Source: Tubiluchus corallicola
Taxonomy: Eukaryota > Animalia > Priapulida
Assembly (NCBI GenBank): GCA_030141605.1
Contig: JAQGDQ010000034.1
Coordinates: forward strand, 620,001-684,000
Direction: 5' to 3'
DNA: 64,000 bases
Shown one piece after another: positions 1 through 13,293 of this stretch (its first letter is position 1; each line of letters starts with the position of its first letter). Below the pieces are notes generated by a model. It had not been told where the DNA came from. It did no database searches and saw only the letters and a program-made list of their open reading frames with translations. Made by a program: the position numbers and the translations under genes.

Positions 1-360
1 AATTATTCAGGAAGTTGAACATCTGTTGGGATATTTTACACCATTAGAAAAAGCTCTAGGCGCTTGCATTCCAGCGTTCATAAAGCTCCTTGGCGAGGCT
101 TCCTGCATCTGATATTCCAGCAAGTGAACATGAGCGCTGAGTGATAAATTGTGGAGTGGGAGGTAAATTCTTTCAGTAGAGGTTACACTGACTGTAGAAT
201 CAAAACCGAGTTTTTTATAGCAATGATGTCTGTGACCTGCACTAGGAGCTTTTAGAGAGTGAATCAATATGTCAAATTTAGTAAGAATGTTCTGAAAAAT
301 TGTGAGATAACCAAGATTCGAACTCAGAACATTGTGACTTCACGCCGTTTCCACTCAAAT

Positions 361-662
361 CACCTGTGTATCGAAATAGCCTTGTATCCAAAGTACGGAC
401 CTTGCGCCCAAATGACCTATGTGTCCAAATGTCTTGTGTCCAAATTACCAGTGTATCGAAATAGCCTTGTATCCAAAGTCCCTTGTGTCCAAATGTTTTG
501 TGTACAAATTATCAATGTGTCGAAATGTCTTTGTATCCAAAGTCCCTTTTGTCCAAATGACTTGTGTCCAAAGTACCTTGTGTCCAAATGACCTATGTGT
601 CCAAATGTCTTGAGGCGGAGCGTCCTGTATCCAAATGTCTGAGTCGAAATGTTCTGCACACC
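361..662. repeat. Degenerate ~15-16 bp tandem array (TGTGTCCAAATGACCT-like), probably the subterminal array of a non-autonomous DNA transposon
   Basis: Repeated GTGTCCAAA/GTATCCAAA/GTATCGAAA cores at 15-16 nt spacing. The overlapping ORFs here are repeat artefacts. The transposon link is inference. Confidence 0.8.
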
Positions 663-2403
663 ATCTGCTCACATTAATATTAAATCAAGTAGGATGGACT
701 AAGATTTTCATCTGTGAAACTCTGTGATAACAACAGGGAAGCAGATCCTAGTTTGCTCTATACACCTGCGTGGAGAATAGCTGCTTTTTGAGTAGCAAGA
801 AGCCTGGATGAAGGGCAGTAAAAGAGCGAATGAAGGCTTCACAAAGGCAAACAGATAATAAGGAAGAACTGAATGAGAAAAAAAGGAGAAAGACAAACGG
901 CAATTGGTAGGGGAATTAGAAACAGATAGAGAGGGCAAGGAGAAAATGCAAACTTGAATGAGTGAAGAATCCACAAAATCAGAGAGAAAACAAAGAAGGA
1001 AAAGGGAAAAGGAAAATGAGAGATATGATATGGGACTAGAAACAGATAGAATGGCAAAAAGGCAAAGGGAAACAGTAAAGACAACTTGAAGTTCACAAAA
1101 TCAAAGAGGAAATGTAACGAAAACGAAAAGGAGTAAGATAAAAGACAAAACAAGTGAAATTAGAAACAGAGAGAAGGGCAAAAAACAAGTGGCAGGACAT
1201 TTACTTTTCGTTCATTTCAAGTCGGTTTGATTGACGGTAGTCAAAGCTGTGTTAGTTCATACAACTATAAGAACTGTGTTTCTGTCACAAGTATAACAGT
1301 GCGAACTCAACTCTGCAACCTAATTATTTCATTTTGCAGCTGCCGCAAACGTGAGCTTCTTGTACGCTGACAAAGCTACTATATATATACACTGTAAACT
1401 TCAGAATTTCTTGTATCAATCCGCGGCAGACATAGCCCTGTCGTTTTTGAAACAGTCTTGCTGAATGCATTGATTAAATGTACAGCAACGCAACCCTAGA
1501 GTGCTCATCTGTCAAGCCGTTTCAATAATAAACCGATGGGATTTCCATTAAAAGTGCTTAACAACAGACAGCAAAATTTAACATTTATTTGTATTGGCTA
1601 AACTCACAGCGACAATGTAGCGAGCAAAACACGACAGGAATACGGAATTTTAAAATCGATCTGTCCAAAGGAATGTGTCGCATGCTGAATTGCTGATGTC
1701 AGCAGTCACGTTTTCTAAATTTTCATTAATATACTTCAACGTCAGCTGACTAAATGAGCTACGAAATAATTTTAGCGCTAAATTAGCATCAGCTTAAAAA
1801 TACAGCAACGATATACAACTACATAGTTGATTTTAAAAGCAAAATTCAATGTGGAAGTCTGAAGTTAACGATTTAAAAGTTTCATGGGTCTGGATCTTTT
1901 CTGATGGAAAAATGCAAAAAATGAGTTGGTACTTTTCCGGAAATGGTGCTGACAAGCTGCGGGCACTGTGCAAGCTCCATGATTTTTTGGACTACTTCAT
2001 TTGCGGGAATTGGGAAAATGTGCTCATCTGGGAGTAGATTTCTTCTATAAAGAATATTTATGTTACGATATCCATGTGGGAACATTTATGTCCAGAAAGC
2101 ACAGTGGACTAAACAGGCATTTGAATACAACAACATGGAAAACAAAAACAAGAACCATTGGTCATCTGCTAGACAGTTTATTTCTTAACTCTTCGAAATT
2201 GATTGAGAACTGTACTTCTTTGACATTTGACACGCGTGTTTTTAAAGGAGAAACACTATTAAGGGTTTTCTAAAAATTTTCAAAGTTTCACTGATGTACT
2301 GAAAGTGTGATTTAAATTGATTTTGGGGTACCCTAGGGACGTCCCCTCCCCCAATAACGCACCAATTTGAAAACTTAAGAATTATACCTATGTGATCGCC
2401 ATG

Positions 2404-2689
2404 CAGGGCTGGATTTACCTACTTTTAGGCCCTGAGCCAAACTCATGAGCGGGCCCTGTGAGAACTACCCCATAGCCCAGCTGTTGAAGACAACTGTGGG
2501 TCTATTCTTATTGTACAGGGCCCTTATGGTTGAGAATATATTACATAATAAAATATCCGGCGTACATTTGAAACAAGGTTCTACGCTGGTACGCTGCGCA
2601 ACAAATTAGTCTCAGTGGGCCTGCAAATACCGGTAGTAGGCCACTGGCCAGTCTGGCTTACTACGCCTATTGATAAATCCGCCATTTTG
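2404..2689. mobile_element. hAT-type MITE (CAGGGCTGG... ends)
   Basis: Left end CAGGGCTGGATTTACC, right end GATAAATCCGCCATTTTG. Flanks TCGCCATG (2396-2403) and TCTCCATG (2690-2697) form a 7/8 target-site duplication. Subterminal GGGCCC motifs are present. Confidence 0.6.
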
Positions 2690-3464
2690 TCTCCATGATC
2701 AAATTCATTATTCATGATCTTTATTCAGTGAGTAGCGATCGCCCAGTAAGGAAGATCAAAGTTTCAAATTGTCCTCAAAATGCGATTTAAATTGATTTGG
2801 GGGTACTTTCAGGGGCGACCTCTAGAAGCGGCTCCAATTTAAAAACTTAAGAGTGACCAATAAGTGATCTCCAATAGACTATCAATGGATTTCAGCACTC
2901 AAATTTTTGTACGCGAGATGTAATACACTATAAGATTCTATCAGCTTCGGCAGTATATGTAATGCATTCTTCTAACGCCAAAGCAGTGCTTTGCTATTCA
3001 TAAAGCACAATACTTGCGTGGAGAACACAAGAATACGAAGCAACGTGCATACGCACATTGACATTGCAGGCAGAGAAAGAACAAGTAAAAGCTCTTAATT
3101 ATTCATGCATATGCTTGTGTTCTTTGCTCAGATTCACCATTCATGTAAATTAACAATGAGATGACCTAGAAGCCAAAATGGACGCGAGGCGGAAAACCAC
3201 CTGCATCAAGGCTCGTTTTTTCCCTGATGAGAGAGCAAGTAGCAGATAAAAACGCGCAATCACAGCCGTGCTGACGTCATCCTTTTTAGAAATGTCACCC
3301 AAATGTAACGCGCGTTTTAGGCGAAGGTAACCACATCACAATAAAATTCTAATGTGGTCATGACTGTGCAAATGCCATAAATAAGCATGCTGGGTAGTTG
3401 TTACGCAATTTGAAAAGCATGGCTAATAATTAAAATGACTATGCTACTCATACTGACATTGTTC

Positions 3465-3678
3465 TCATCATTACCATCACCATCGCCATCAGAATGCTCA
3501 TCATCATTACCATCACCACCATCATCATCATCATCATTATCATCACCACCACCACCACCAACACCAACATCACCACCACCCCCACCACCATTATAATCAT
3601 CATTACCATCACCAACACCACCGCCATTCCCACCACCATCATCATCATCACCATCTTCTTCATCGCGACCACCGTCAC
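3465..3678. repeat. Degenerate (CAT/CAC)n microsatellite
   Basis: Direct reading of the sequence. Confidence 0.9.
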
Positions 3679-4277
3679 AACATATATCCTATGTCCTATA
3701 TCAACTAGCCATGCGTGTCCATTTTTATTTTTTTTTTTTTTTTTGTGTATCAAATAACAGCCACCAGCCAGTATTTTTGGTATATTTTAATGTCTGGCAT
3801 CAAATTGTTGTTACCCTCGTATAAACGTATCCTCTACCGTCGCAACGAAGTGTTTATACAAGAAAGAAAAATTACTACTCCTTAAAAGAATGTAAACAAG
3901 AAAAACGTGCTTCATGCTGAAACCTCCGCCGCACAACGTCTATGCACAATGTGAACCGAAGGACATTTACAGCGCGTTTCATTATTAATCTGCGAGTTGA
4001 TGCATTGCAATAAAACCAATTTGAGCTGAGATTTTAGTCGTGCGCCTCCCGTTGGAAAGCGATCAAATCAAGCAGCACAAACAACTCAGCTCTCCGAATT
4101 TATACGTTCAATTCCTCGCGGTGTTGCAACAATTTTCTACTACTCGCTTATAAGTGAGTTACAGGAGACGTGAGGGAGCTTACCCACACAACACATATTA
4201 CTTAAAATAAGTTTATATATCAGTGTCTTATTGAATAATAAAGAAATTAGTAATACAGTACAGAATAATACAGTATA

Positions 4278-4790
<513 letters not shown>

Positions 4791-5531
4791 ATAACGTATT
4801 AGTAAATGTATTTTGTAACAACACACATAATGCAAGCATTAAAGACAGATGGAGCTACACTAAAGTTTACAGATAAATGACAGCATTTATTCCAATAATT
4901 TTGCACCTGTGGTTTGTCAGTATCATGCTAATTAATTCACAAAAATATACGGTATTGACAATGAAATATGCAAAAAGATTCTACACAAAATTACTGCCAA
5001 AGCAATTAAGTCGTGTAAGTGGTCGATTTTATAGTGGTCATAAACAGGTAAAAGTCCCCGGTGGAATTCCGGTTAAGTAATGATCAGTAGGCTGGTGGAA
5101 TGCATCTCATCATTAATGTAAAACATACTGCAGCAATTACCCCTAATGTATAATCAACACATGATACTACAGATCGCCGAGCCACCGTACAATGATTCAC
5201 TAATTAGTTTCAAATGAAGTGTTCAGTTCTCCCTGAAGCCAGCCGAGACGCCCCAAGCAAATTAGGTATTTTGCTCTTCAGCAGAACGGACTGGTGACTT
5301 TGTTGAAGGACGTCATCAGCTACATTTATGGCTTCCGTCAATATTTTAGCACTTTACCACCAGAATTAAATTTAAACGATTAATACGCTCAACCGCCGTT
5401 TTCTCAGATTGCAATTAAGATATTTTTCTGTGGGTCCTAATTGCTGCTACTATGCACCTGCTTCTATTGCTGTTGCTTGCTGCTACTGCCGTTGTCGCTG
5501 TTGTCTTTGCTGGTGTCTGCCATTACAGTTT

Positions 5532-5649
<118 letters not shown>

Positions 5650-5865
5650 AACTGCTGCTGTAGTTGCTGTTGCTATTGATGTTTATGTTGATGTTGATGC
5701 TGTTACCGCTGCTACTACACTGCCTATAGTTTAATCTAAATTAAAAAGTCCGTCTTTTACTGTTACTTATATACAATAAACTCCGTATTCAAGTAAATCA
5801 CCAATATCGTACTGGTGTGGACGTGTGTGCGTGCACGCGTGCGAGGAGCGCACGATACACGCACG

Positions 5866-6237
5866 GTTGGCATCCTTCTGTCTCGGAAGACAATGGAGTG
5901 TGCGCCAAGAGAGTCAGTTATTGATCACATTGATGGAACTGCAGCGTCGGCTGTGGCTGAACAGTGCGATCCTTGAACGTCTCCAGGGCGCACGCCTGGG
6001 CAGGGTGTATGGAGATCCTGAGTTACCCAGACAACAGGAACCCCCTCTCTTCCTCGCTGGTGTAGTCCAAAGGAAAGCGGAGCGATACGTTTGGCACCAG
6101 GTTGCCTGCAGGAGCTGTCGGAGTCAGTGACCATGCTGTACTGGTCCGCCTTCGGGGCTCCACTCCTGATTTGGAAAGTTTACTCCTCTACACATGGCCG
6201 TTGGGTCACTTCGCTTAACCTCCTCCGCCCTCTAGCC
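5866..6237 (-). mobile_element. 5'-truncated copy of the 5S/RTE composite SINE (body and tail only)
   Basis: Reverse complement aligns with ~17362-17720. It ends in CCATTGTCTTCCGAGACAGAAGGATGCCAAC. Candidate TSD CACGCACG (5858-5865) / CACCCACG (6237-6244). Confidence 0.85.
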
Positions 6238-6962
6238 ACCCACGATCTCCCCTATTACCCTATATTTATATATATTAGATGCAAAAAATAATTAGGCTTT
6301 CTGAGTCTGAGTGAGCACGGTGTGTCAGCAAATAATATGTGCGGACAATAAGTCAGATCTTAATTGCGACTCTTGCGATTACGGAAATTGAAGCCATGTC
6401 GTCGAGCAGATGGTGCTTTGAAAGGAGATAAAGGTAGATATACAAGCAACAATACTACCTTGGGAATTAAATGCACATATACTGGAAATGTATGAGATAC
6501 ATCTGAAGCATTGTGTTGCTATAATACCAATGTCATTGCTTTTATCATTATTTTGTCAGACCTGTGCTAGTATCACGTATGATTTTTATGTACGTCCATT
6601 TACTAGCCATTTAGCTCGCTACCCTGATTTTGAGCACATTCATAATTTGCGCGTCTGACCTCCCAGTTGTGTTTGCGCACTTTTTGAAAAGACGCAGAAA
6701 AACAGATTTTCACGATGATTGAGCACCGGGAAAGAAAAGTGTCCTTGTTGTGAACAACTGATTCCAGCATGTATGGCGCTGTTTAGAAAAACGTATATTG
6801 TGAGCCAGTCTCGGGGGAGACCATGATAAATAACGTTGCGTTAGTACAGAGAAAGAGTTGTCAGATTCGAAATGGGTATGAAAAATAACGCGTGTTGACA
6901 CAAAAACATGCCAGAGGAGGACATTTTCTGCTTTCGAAGCTCTCAGACGGGAAGACGTAGAT

Positions 6963-6998
<36 letters not shown>

Positions 6999-7306
6999 GA
7001 AGAGAGAGAGAGAGAGCAAGAGGGAGAAAAGAGAAAAATTGAGAGCAACGAAGGAAGTGGACAAAGAAAAAAGCCTCGCGTTTATTATATAATTTCTAAC
7101 ACAAAAACATGCCAAAAGAGGACATTTTCTGCTTTCGAAGCTCTCAGCGTGTGAATCGTTGTAGTTTGTGCTCATGGATTGGATGCTCGTGTGAGATTTG
7201 CTCCAGGGAAATAACATGATTTACATGCACACTCCTCGTGCTTTTAGTAATGCAGTGATGGCTTCACGAGATATTGTTATATTAATATAAGGCTCTGAGA
7301 TGGATG

Positions 7307-7690
7307 GCAGCTGTTTTCCAAGCAATATGTTTAATGGACATCCCTTCACTGCTGGCAAAGGTACAAAAACAGGAAATCACGGAATACAAAGCAATTTAAT
7401 AAGTTCATTTACTTACACAGTGCAATATTAATGCTTCTTAGAGCTTCGACATAATTGCGCAGAAACAAAAAATGAAAATGCACCAAGCCCTCTTATGAAA
7501 CTGCAGGCGGAGTATTGCCATGGTAGGGCGCCGCTATGATATATTTACTATTTTACATGCATTCAGTGTGCAGCCTACCGCGACGATACGTCGGCTCGTA
7601 GTTCAAAGGGAAACTTGCACTTTTCGTGTTTAGGAACAACAGGAAAAAGAGTGAAACTAGAGAGAGGAACAGTGAACAGGAGAGAGAAAG
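7307..7690 (+). repeat. Dispersed repeat, copy 1 (copy 2 at ~12691-13035)
   Basis: Both start GCAGCTGTTTTCCRAGCAATATGTTTAATGGAC, share CATGGTAGGGCGYCGCTATGATA, and are followed by GA-rich tracts. Confidence 0.8.
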
Positions 7691-9392
7691 ATAAATATAA
7701 TAATAATAATAGTAGTAATAATAATAATAAATCTTTATTAAAGAAATGAACGTATATACAAAAGGTGCCTCTTTTGTAGGCTAGGGAGAGAGCGAAAGAG
7801 AGAGAGGGGGAGGAGGGAGAGAGGGAAGGGAGGGAGGGAGAGAAAAAGAGAAAAAGAAAGAGAGAGAAAGAGAAAGAGAAAGAGAAGGAGAGAGAGAGCG
7901 AGAGAGGGAGAGAGAGAGAAAGCGAGAGAGGGAGAGAAAAAGAGAAAGAGAGAGAGCGAGAGAGGGGAAGAAAAATTGAGAGCAATAAAGGTAGCGGACA
8001 AAGAAAAAGGCCCCGTGTTTATTATATAAATTTCTAACACAAGTTTTCTGTTAATTATTTTTGTTCATGTTCAAATGGGCTAAAAACATAATAGACGGCA
8101 GCATGAATGCGGTTTATTAATTATTTTATTATTATTATTTTCTTTCCTACCTTAACAGATACAGATATATATACATATACACAAAATATAACAAGGAATA
8201 GTTAGTGTAAACATAACCAAAATGCAAAACAATAACCAAAATCACTTGTTGAGTGAAATATTTAACGTTATTTGCAACATCTATCTACAATTTATTAATA
8301 TTTATTGAACTGCTGTCCACAACATACGCCTACGCACACATGTATATGTGTGTGACTACAAACACTCACAAAAATGTATGCCAATGTGCTTATTGGACCA
8401 TTCAAATAATAGAACCTTTTTTCTTGACACGAAATGTAAGATGACGCAGAGCAGCTACATCTTAAGACTTTAGTAAAAATATCTTCTTGTTTCGGATAGC
8501 AATAGTGTCTGGTTTCGCTTTCTCAAAATAAGCTTCATCAACTGTTTATAAAAGTTGCCATAAAATAAATACAACGTAAAAATACTTACGATTCCTGGAT
8601 CATTCCCACATGGGAGGGCTCACGTTGTGATCAGGCAGAGAAAAAACGCTAGATTTGACCGGGAAATTTTCAGGAAAATGGTACACAAACCAGAATAAAA
8701 ATAGGGCAAAAAATCAGACGGGTTTCAAATGTACCAAAGCCATTACAGATGTTCCTGAACTGCGTGGTCATGTTTGTTTAGAGAATGCAGGAAAAAATAT
8801 AGAAATTTTTCTGAAAAGCAAAGTATGTATGCGTGACAAAAGGTATTTTAATCACTTGCTTTTTTACAACATAGACCAGGCATCCTCGCGAAATTCGTCA
8901 ATATTTCCAGCACGTATTTTTAAGTTTTTCAGTATTGAAAATAACAATCATGTTCCGATAATTGATATAAATAAAATCACTTTAATGTATGTACTTAGGC
9001 ATTAGGTACTTAAGGTCTTACGGCCACTTAATTAGATTAACGTCTTAACTGTTATGTAGCTCTGTCGCCTGACACATTATACTCATAGGTTCCCAGATAT
9101 TATGCCCTCGTTGTCAGATTAAACAGTGCCATTATCATTGTAAATATCATTTATCACCAAGAACTTAATGACCTAATTAAGAATTCAAACAACTATTTAT
9201 CATCATCATCATCATTTGTAATACGGTTTTCAGTTTAGAGAGAATGAAAGAAGTTGGAGAATTAACGCACAATGGAGCAACTAAAATTCACTTTTCTATA
9301 CTAATGCATAAAATTATTTTCAGTGAACATCATACATGGAAATATTTATATTAAGTATTTATATATCCAAGTAAAACTAAATTTCTATTCAA

Positions 9393-9822
9393 TCCTACCC
9401 TAGGGTACCCTACCCTACCCTACCCTACCCTACCCTACCCTACCCTACCCTACCCTACCCTACCCTACCCTATCATATCCTATCCTATACTATCCTACCC
9501 CATCCTACCCTACCCTACCCCACCATACCCCACCCCATCCCACCACACCAAACCCCACCCCACCCCACCCCATCCCATCCCATCCTATCCTATACTGTCC
9601 TATCCTATTCTATCGTATCCTATCCTGTCCTATCCTATCCTGTCCTGTCCTATCCTATCCTATCCTATCCTATCCTATCCTATCCTATCCTATCCTATCC
9701 TATCCTATCCTATCCTATCCTATCCTATCCTATCCTATCCTATCCTATCCTATCCTATCCTATCCTGTCCTATCCTATCCTATCCTATCCTATCTTATCC
9801 TATTCTATCCTATCCTATTCTA
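9393..9822. repeat. Compound pentanucleotide array (CCCTA)n-(CCCCA)n-(CCTAT)n
   Basis: Direct reading of the sequence. Confidence 0.95.
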
Positions 9823-10326
9823 TGCTATTATTATTGTTAGCAAGAACTTCGTCTCAAAGGAAAAGAAACCTTGCACGCACCTTCACGCTCATTTTGGAAA
9901 ATTTCTTTGTCGCGTGTCGTCCCCGTAGCTCCTCTTTTTTAATCAATCTAATATACTACGCGGTGTGTTTGTCAATTATTTCTACCTAGTGAAGCGAGCA
10001 ACAGATAATCCAACCTCCATCTCCAGCGAGAAACGAGAGTTTTATCGCTATTATATAGCACTGGTTTTACTGTCCATAAAGACTGTGATAGATTGTGATT
10101 CACGTGTTGCACTCCTAAATGTCAATACTTGCCGCTATTCTGTTTTACTTACACTGATGAATTGCCCTAAGTTAACTTGCCTGAATGCCCTGTTGTATTT
10201 TATCTGATTAGAATTTTCAAACGTCTACGGTTTTATGGGCTTGCAGATCACTTTTTGTACCACGGAGGATTTAACGTTGTTTACCCGTTACACCTGTGTA
10301 GTCTCTTCTGTGGTCGATTTATGATC

Positions 10327-10659
10327 CAGGGCTGGATCACCGTATAGGCCAGTATAGGCTGCATCCTAGGGCCCTCAGGTTTGGGGGGCATACTTTGCAT
10401 TGCTGATTTTAAAAGTGAGGCCAGGAAGTTTGAAAATCCAATTTTAAAGTCGCTTCTCCTTTGAGATAAAGGATCATTGTTTGAGACCCTGTGTTTGACA
10501 TAAGGGCCCCTTTTTGAAGCCCTTTATTTAAAACATGGGACCCCCAGCTATACGAAAGTGTATCATAAGTAAAAAAATAACTTCGCTTTCGAGACAAGTG
10601 CAAGTAAATTAGAAGGTTGCTTCGTCTAAGGGGCCCCAAAAGGTTATAATCCGGAACCC
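10327..10659 (+). mobile_element. hAT-type MITE family A copy
   Basis: Starts CAGGGCTGGATCACCGTATAGGCCAGTATAGGCTGCATCCTAGGGCCC and ends GGGGCCCCAAAAGGTTATAATCCGG. The ends match the copies at 30414, 31918 and 57961. Confidence 0.75.
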
Positions 10660-11059
10660 ATATAATAATTAATAAATGGACATTCAGTCACGAAACACGT
10701 AATAATGATTATAAGAGTGACTACATTTGGCAACAGCGACAGTTTTTGCAGTTACTTCTGCAGTAAGTAGTCCTGATAACTTTGAGATATAAAGGTAATT
10801 TTTCCGCCGAAATTTCAGGTAATTTACTTTATTTTTTTCATTAAACTATCCATACATATCATAAAATTTAAATGCAGAAAACAATAAAATATGTACAGTG
10901 ATAAACAAGACAGGTTAAAGTGGACACAGGAGACACAAAAACTAAAATTACTACTTACATATGCCTGCAGAAATCCAAATGTCTCGAAAAGTCAATTTTC
11001 ATTAATATTTGACTAAGTATTTTACTGGAGGCGGCATTTATCAGTGGAGACCCATTTAC

Positions 11060-11310
11060 ATTTACAGGAAGAGAATTTCAGTACTTAAACAACTCTATTG
11101 ATAAACGAATGGTGAGCTAGAAACGATACAGATCGATTTACATAAAGTTTGTGGTAATGACCTCTAGAAATTCTAGTAGCATGGATAAAAAATGCATTTC
11201 TATCTAAGTCGTTTTCATTACGAATAATATTGTAGCACATTTTAGATCATAATGATTTATTCTCTCTTCTAATGACAACATATTCAAAGCTAAACGTCTA
11301 TTAGGGTTGC
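11060..11310 (-). mobile_element. Decayed CR1/L2-group LINE ORF2 C-terminal fragment
   Basis: Translates, with frameshifts and stops, as RRLALNMLSLEERINHYDL...ISRGHYHKLY...FINRVV*...*NSLP. This matches the SLExRR..DL / TRGH..KL / RV..WNxLP pattern of CR1-group ORF2 ends. Confidence 0.75.
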
Positions 11311-12296
11311 AGGTAGTGTATTCTATACTTACCTGGGAATACAATGAATGATGGTTGCATTTAATGAATTCTATACTTACCTGGGAATGCAATGAATGAT
11401 AAGCGCACCTTAATATTGTCTTATTACGCATCCTGTATTAACAAGAATGTAAGTCTTCGTACATCTCCGTTATTAACTCTTCTTCTGGGTCTTCATTTGT
11501 TCCATCGCCGTCCTTAATATGTCTAAAATCACCATAATCATTAACTTCTGGTGATTCGCCTCGAGTATGCGTGGTGATAATTCAAGTTAATTACTGAAGC
11601 ACCACTTTAAATGCCATGTAGCAGTAACTTCATACAAAATCTGACGCTCTTTTCCTTCATCTTTGAGGAGTTAACAATCAAAATGGTAAATGTTGTTAAC
11701 GTGTGACGCTTGTTTTTTGAGGATTTCCTAAACTTTTCTTAACTTTTGTGCTTCAAAGAATGGTTAAGGTGGGCATCTAAAAGCTTATTAATCACAAGAA
11801 ATAGATAGATTTCATTAAATGTGCTGCCAATGGCATCTTTGGCCAAGGAACAGAATGAATGGAAGTCTAGCTTTTATTGGCATCATCTGGTGAAATAGCT
11901 GTAGGACTGATGAATCACTCACAGGCATTTTATAATACAACACGCAATAATCGAAGATTTGGATGAGAAATTAATAGCCTCGTTAGTTCCTCTCGACTAG
12001 GTATGCAGTTAACAAGCCATAACCATATGTTAATCACGGGAGCGTGCAGAAGGATTGTTTAATAAATAAGCTACCGCACACAGTACGTGTTTATATTGCA
12101 AACATACAGAGTAAGAGGTCTAGACATGCGCTAATAAAGCTTAGCGTAGAAGTCAAAACTAACTGGGTGACCACGATGCATTCAATATTTCACATGCAAG
12201 TTAATGTGCAGTCAAGATGATACTTGGTCCTGCTGTTTGGTAGTCGGTGCTGGAATCAATTGTTTTTCCGTGTTTAGAAACAGTGAGAAAAGAACT

Positions 12297-12496
12297 GAAT
12301 TGACTTTATTGACTAACGAGATAAATCATGTTAATAATGCATCACATACAACGTTGTAACAAGTTAGTTCAAATTAAATACAATATCGGTAACGAACGAA
12401 TTGACTTTATTGACTAACAGGGATAAGCATGTTAATAATACATCACATACAACGTTGTAACAAATTAGTCCAAATTAAAAACAAGATCGGTAACGA
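12297..12496. repeat. Two-copy ~101-bp tandem duplication
   Basis: GAATTGACTTTATTGACTAAC...ATCGGTAACGA occurs twice in succession. Confidence 0.9.
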
Positions 12497-12690
12497 TGGG
12501 TCTAAACAGTCACGCAGATAAAGAAAACGTAGGCTTACAGTGAACGGAGCAATTACATACAGAATCAGCTACACAGGCATACAAGAAACAGGGACGGAAG
12601 AGGGAAATGGTGAACAAGAGAGAAAGAAAGGAGAGGAGAAAAAGAAAGAGAAGAGAGATATGTGAGTGAGTGAACGAGACACAGGGAGAT

Positions 12691-13035
12691 AGCAGCTGTT
12701 TTCCGAGCAATATGTTTAATGGACTCCCGTTCATTGTTGGCGTGGGCACAAAAAGTGGAGATCACGGCATACAAAGCACTTTAATTAAGTTCATTTAATT
12801 ATATGATGTCACACAGTGTAATATAAATGAGTTAATGAGTCTTAGAGCTTCGCCAGAAATAGAAAGTACAACAAACCTTCTTATTAAACTGCAGGCTGGA
12901 GTATTGTCATGGTAGGGCGTCGCTATGATAAATTTACAGGCAATTCAATATGTTGCCACGAGTTCTAAGGGAAGTTTGCACTTTTTGTGTTTAGGGAAAT
13001 AAGAAAAGAATGAGACTGGAGAAAAGGAAAGTGAA
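12691..13035 (+). repeat. Dispersed repeat, copy 2 (see 7307-7690)
   Basis: Manual alignment with 7307-7690. Confidence 0.8.
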
Positions 13036-13036
13036 G

Positions 13037-13293
<257 letters not shown>

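Noticed and set aside
361-662. CRISPR-like array
   Set aside because: Units are contiguous and degenerate with no unique spacers; the context is eukaryotic and there are no cas genes.
8584-8640. Minus-strand donor GTAAGT with a short upstream frame
   Set aside because: All three frames hit stops within ~15 codons and there is no clear acceptor.
11325-11384. U1 snRNA gene (ATACTTACCTGG)
   Set aside because: Only the first 12 nt match; no U1 stem-loops or Sm site follow.
11438-11763. Protein-like minus-strand stretch with an acidic end (DGDGTNEDPEEELITEMYED)
   Set aside because: It needs several stops and a frameshift to join, and I recognise no family.
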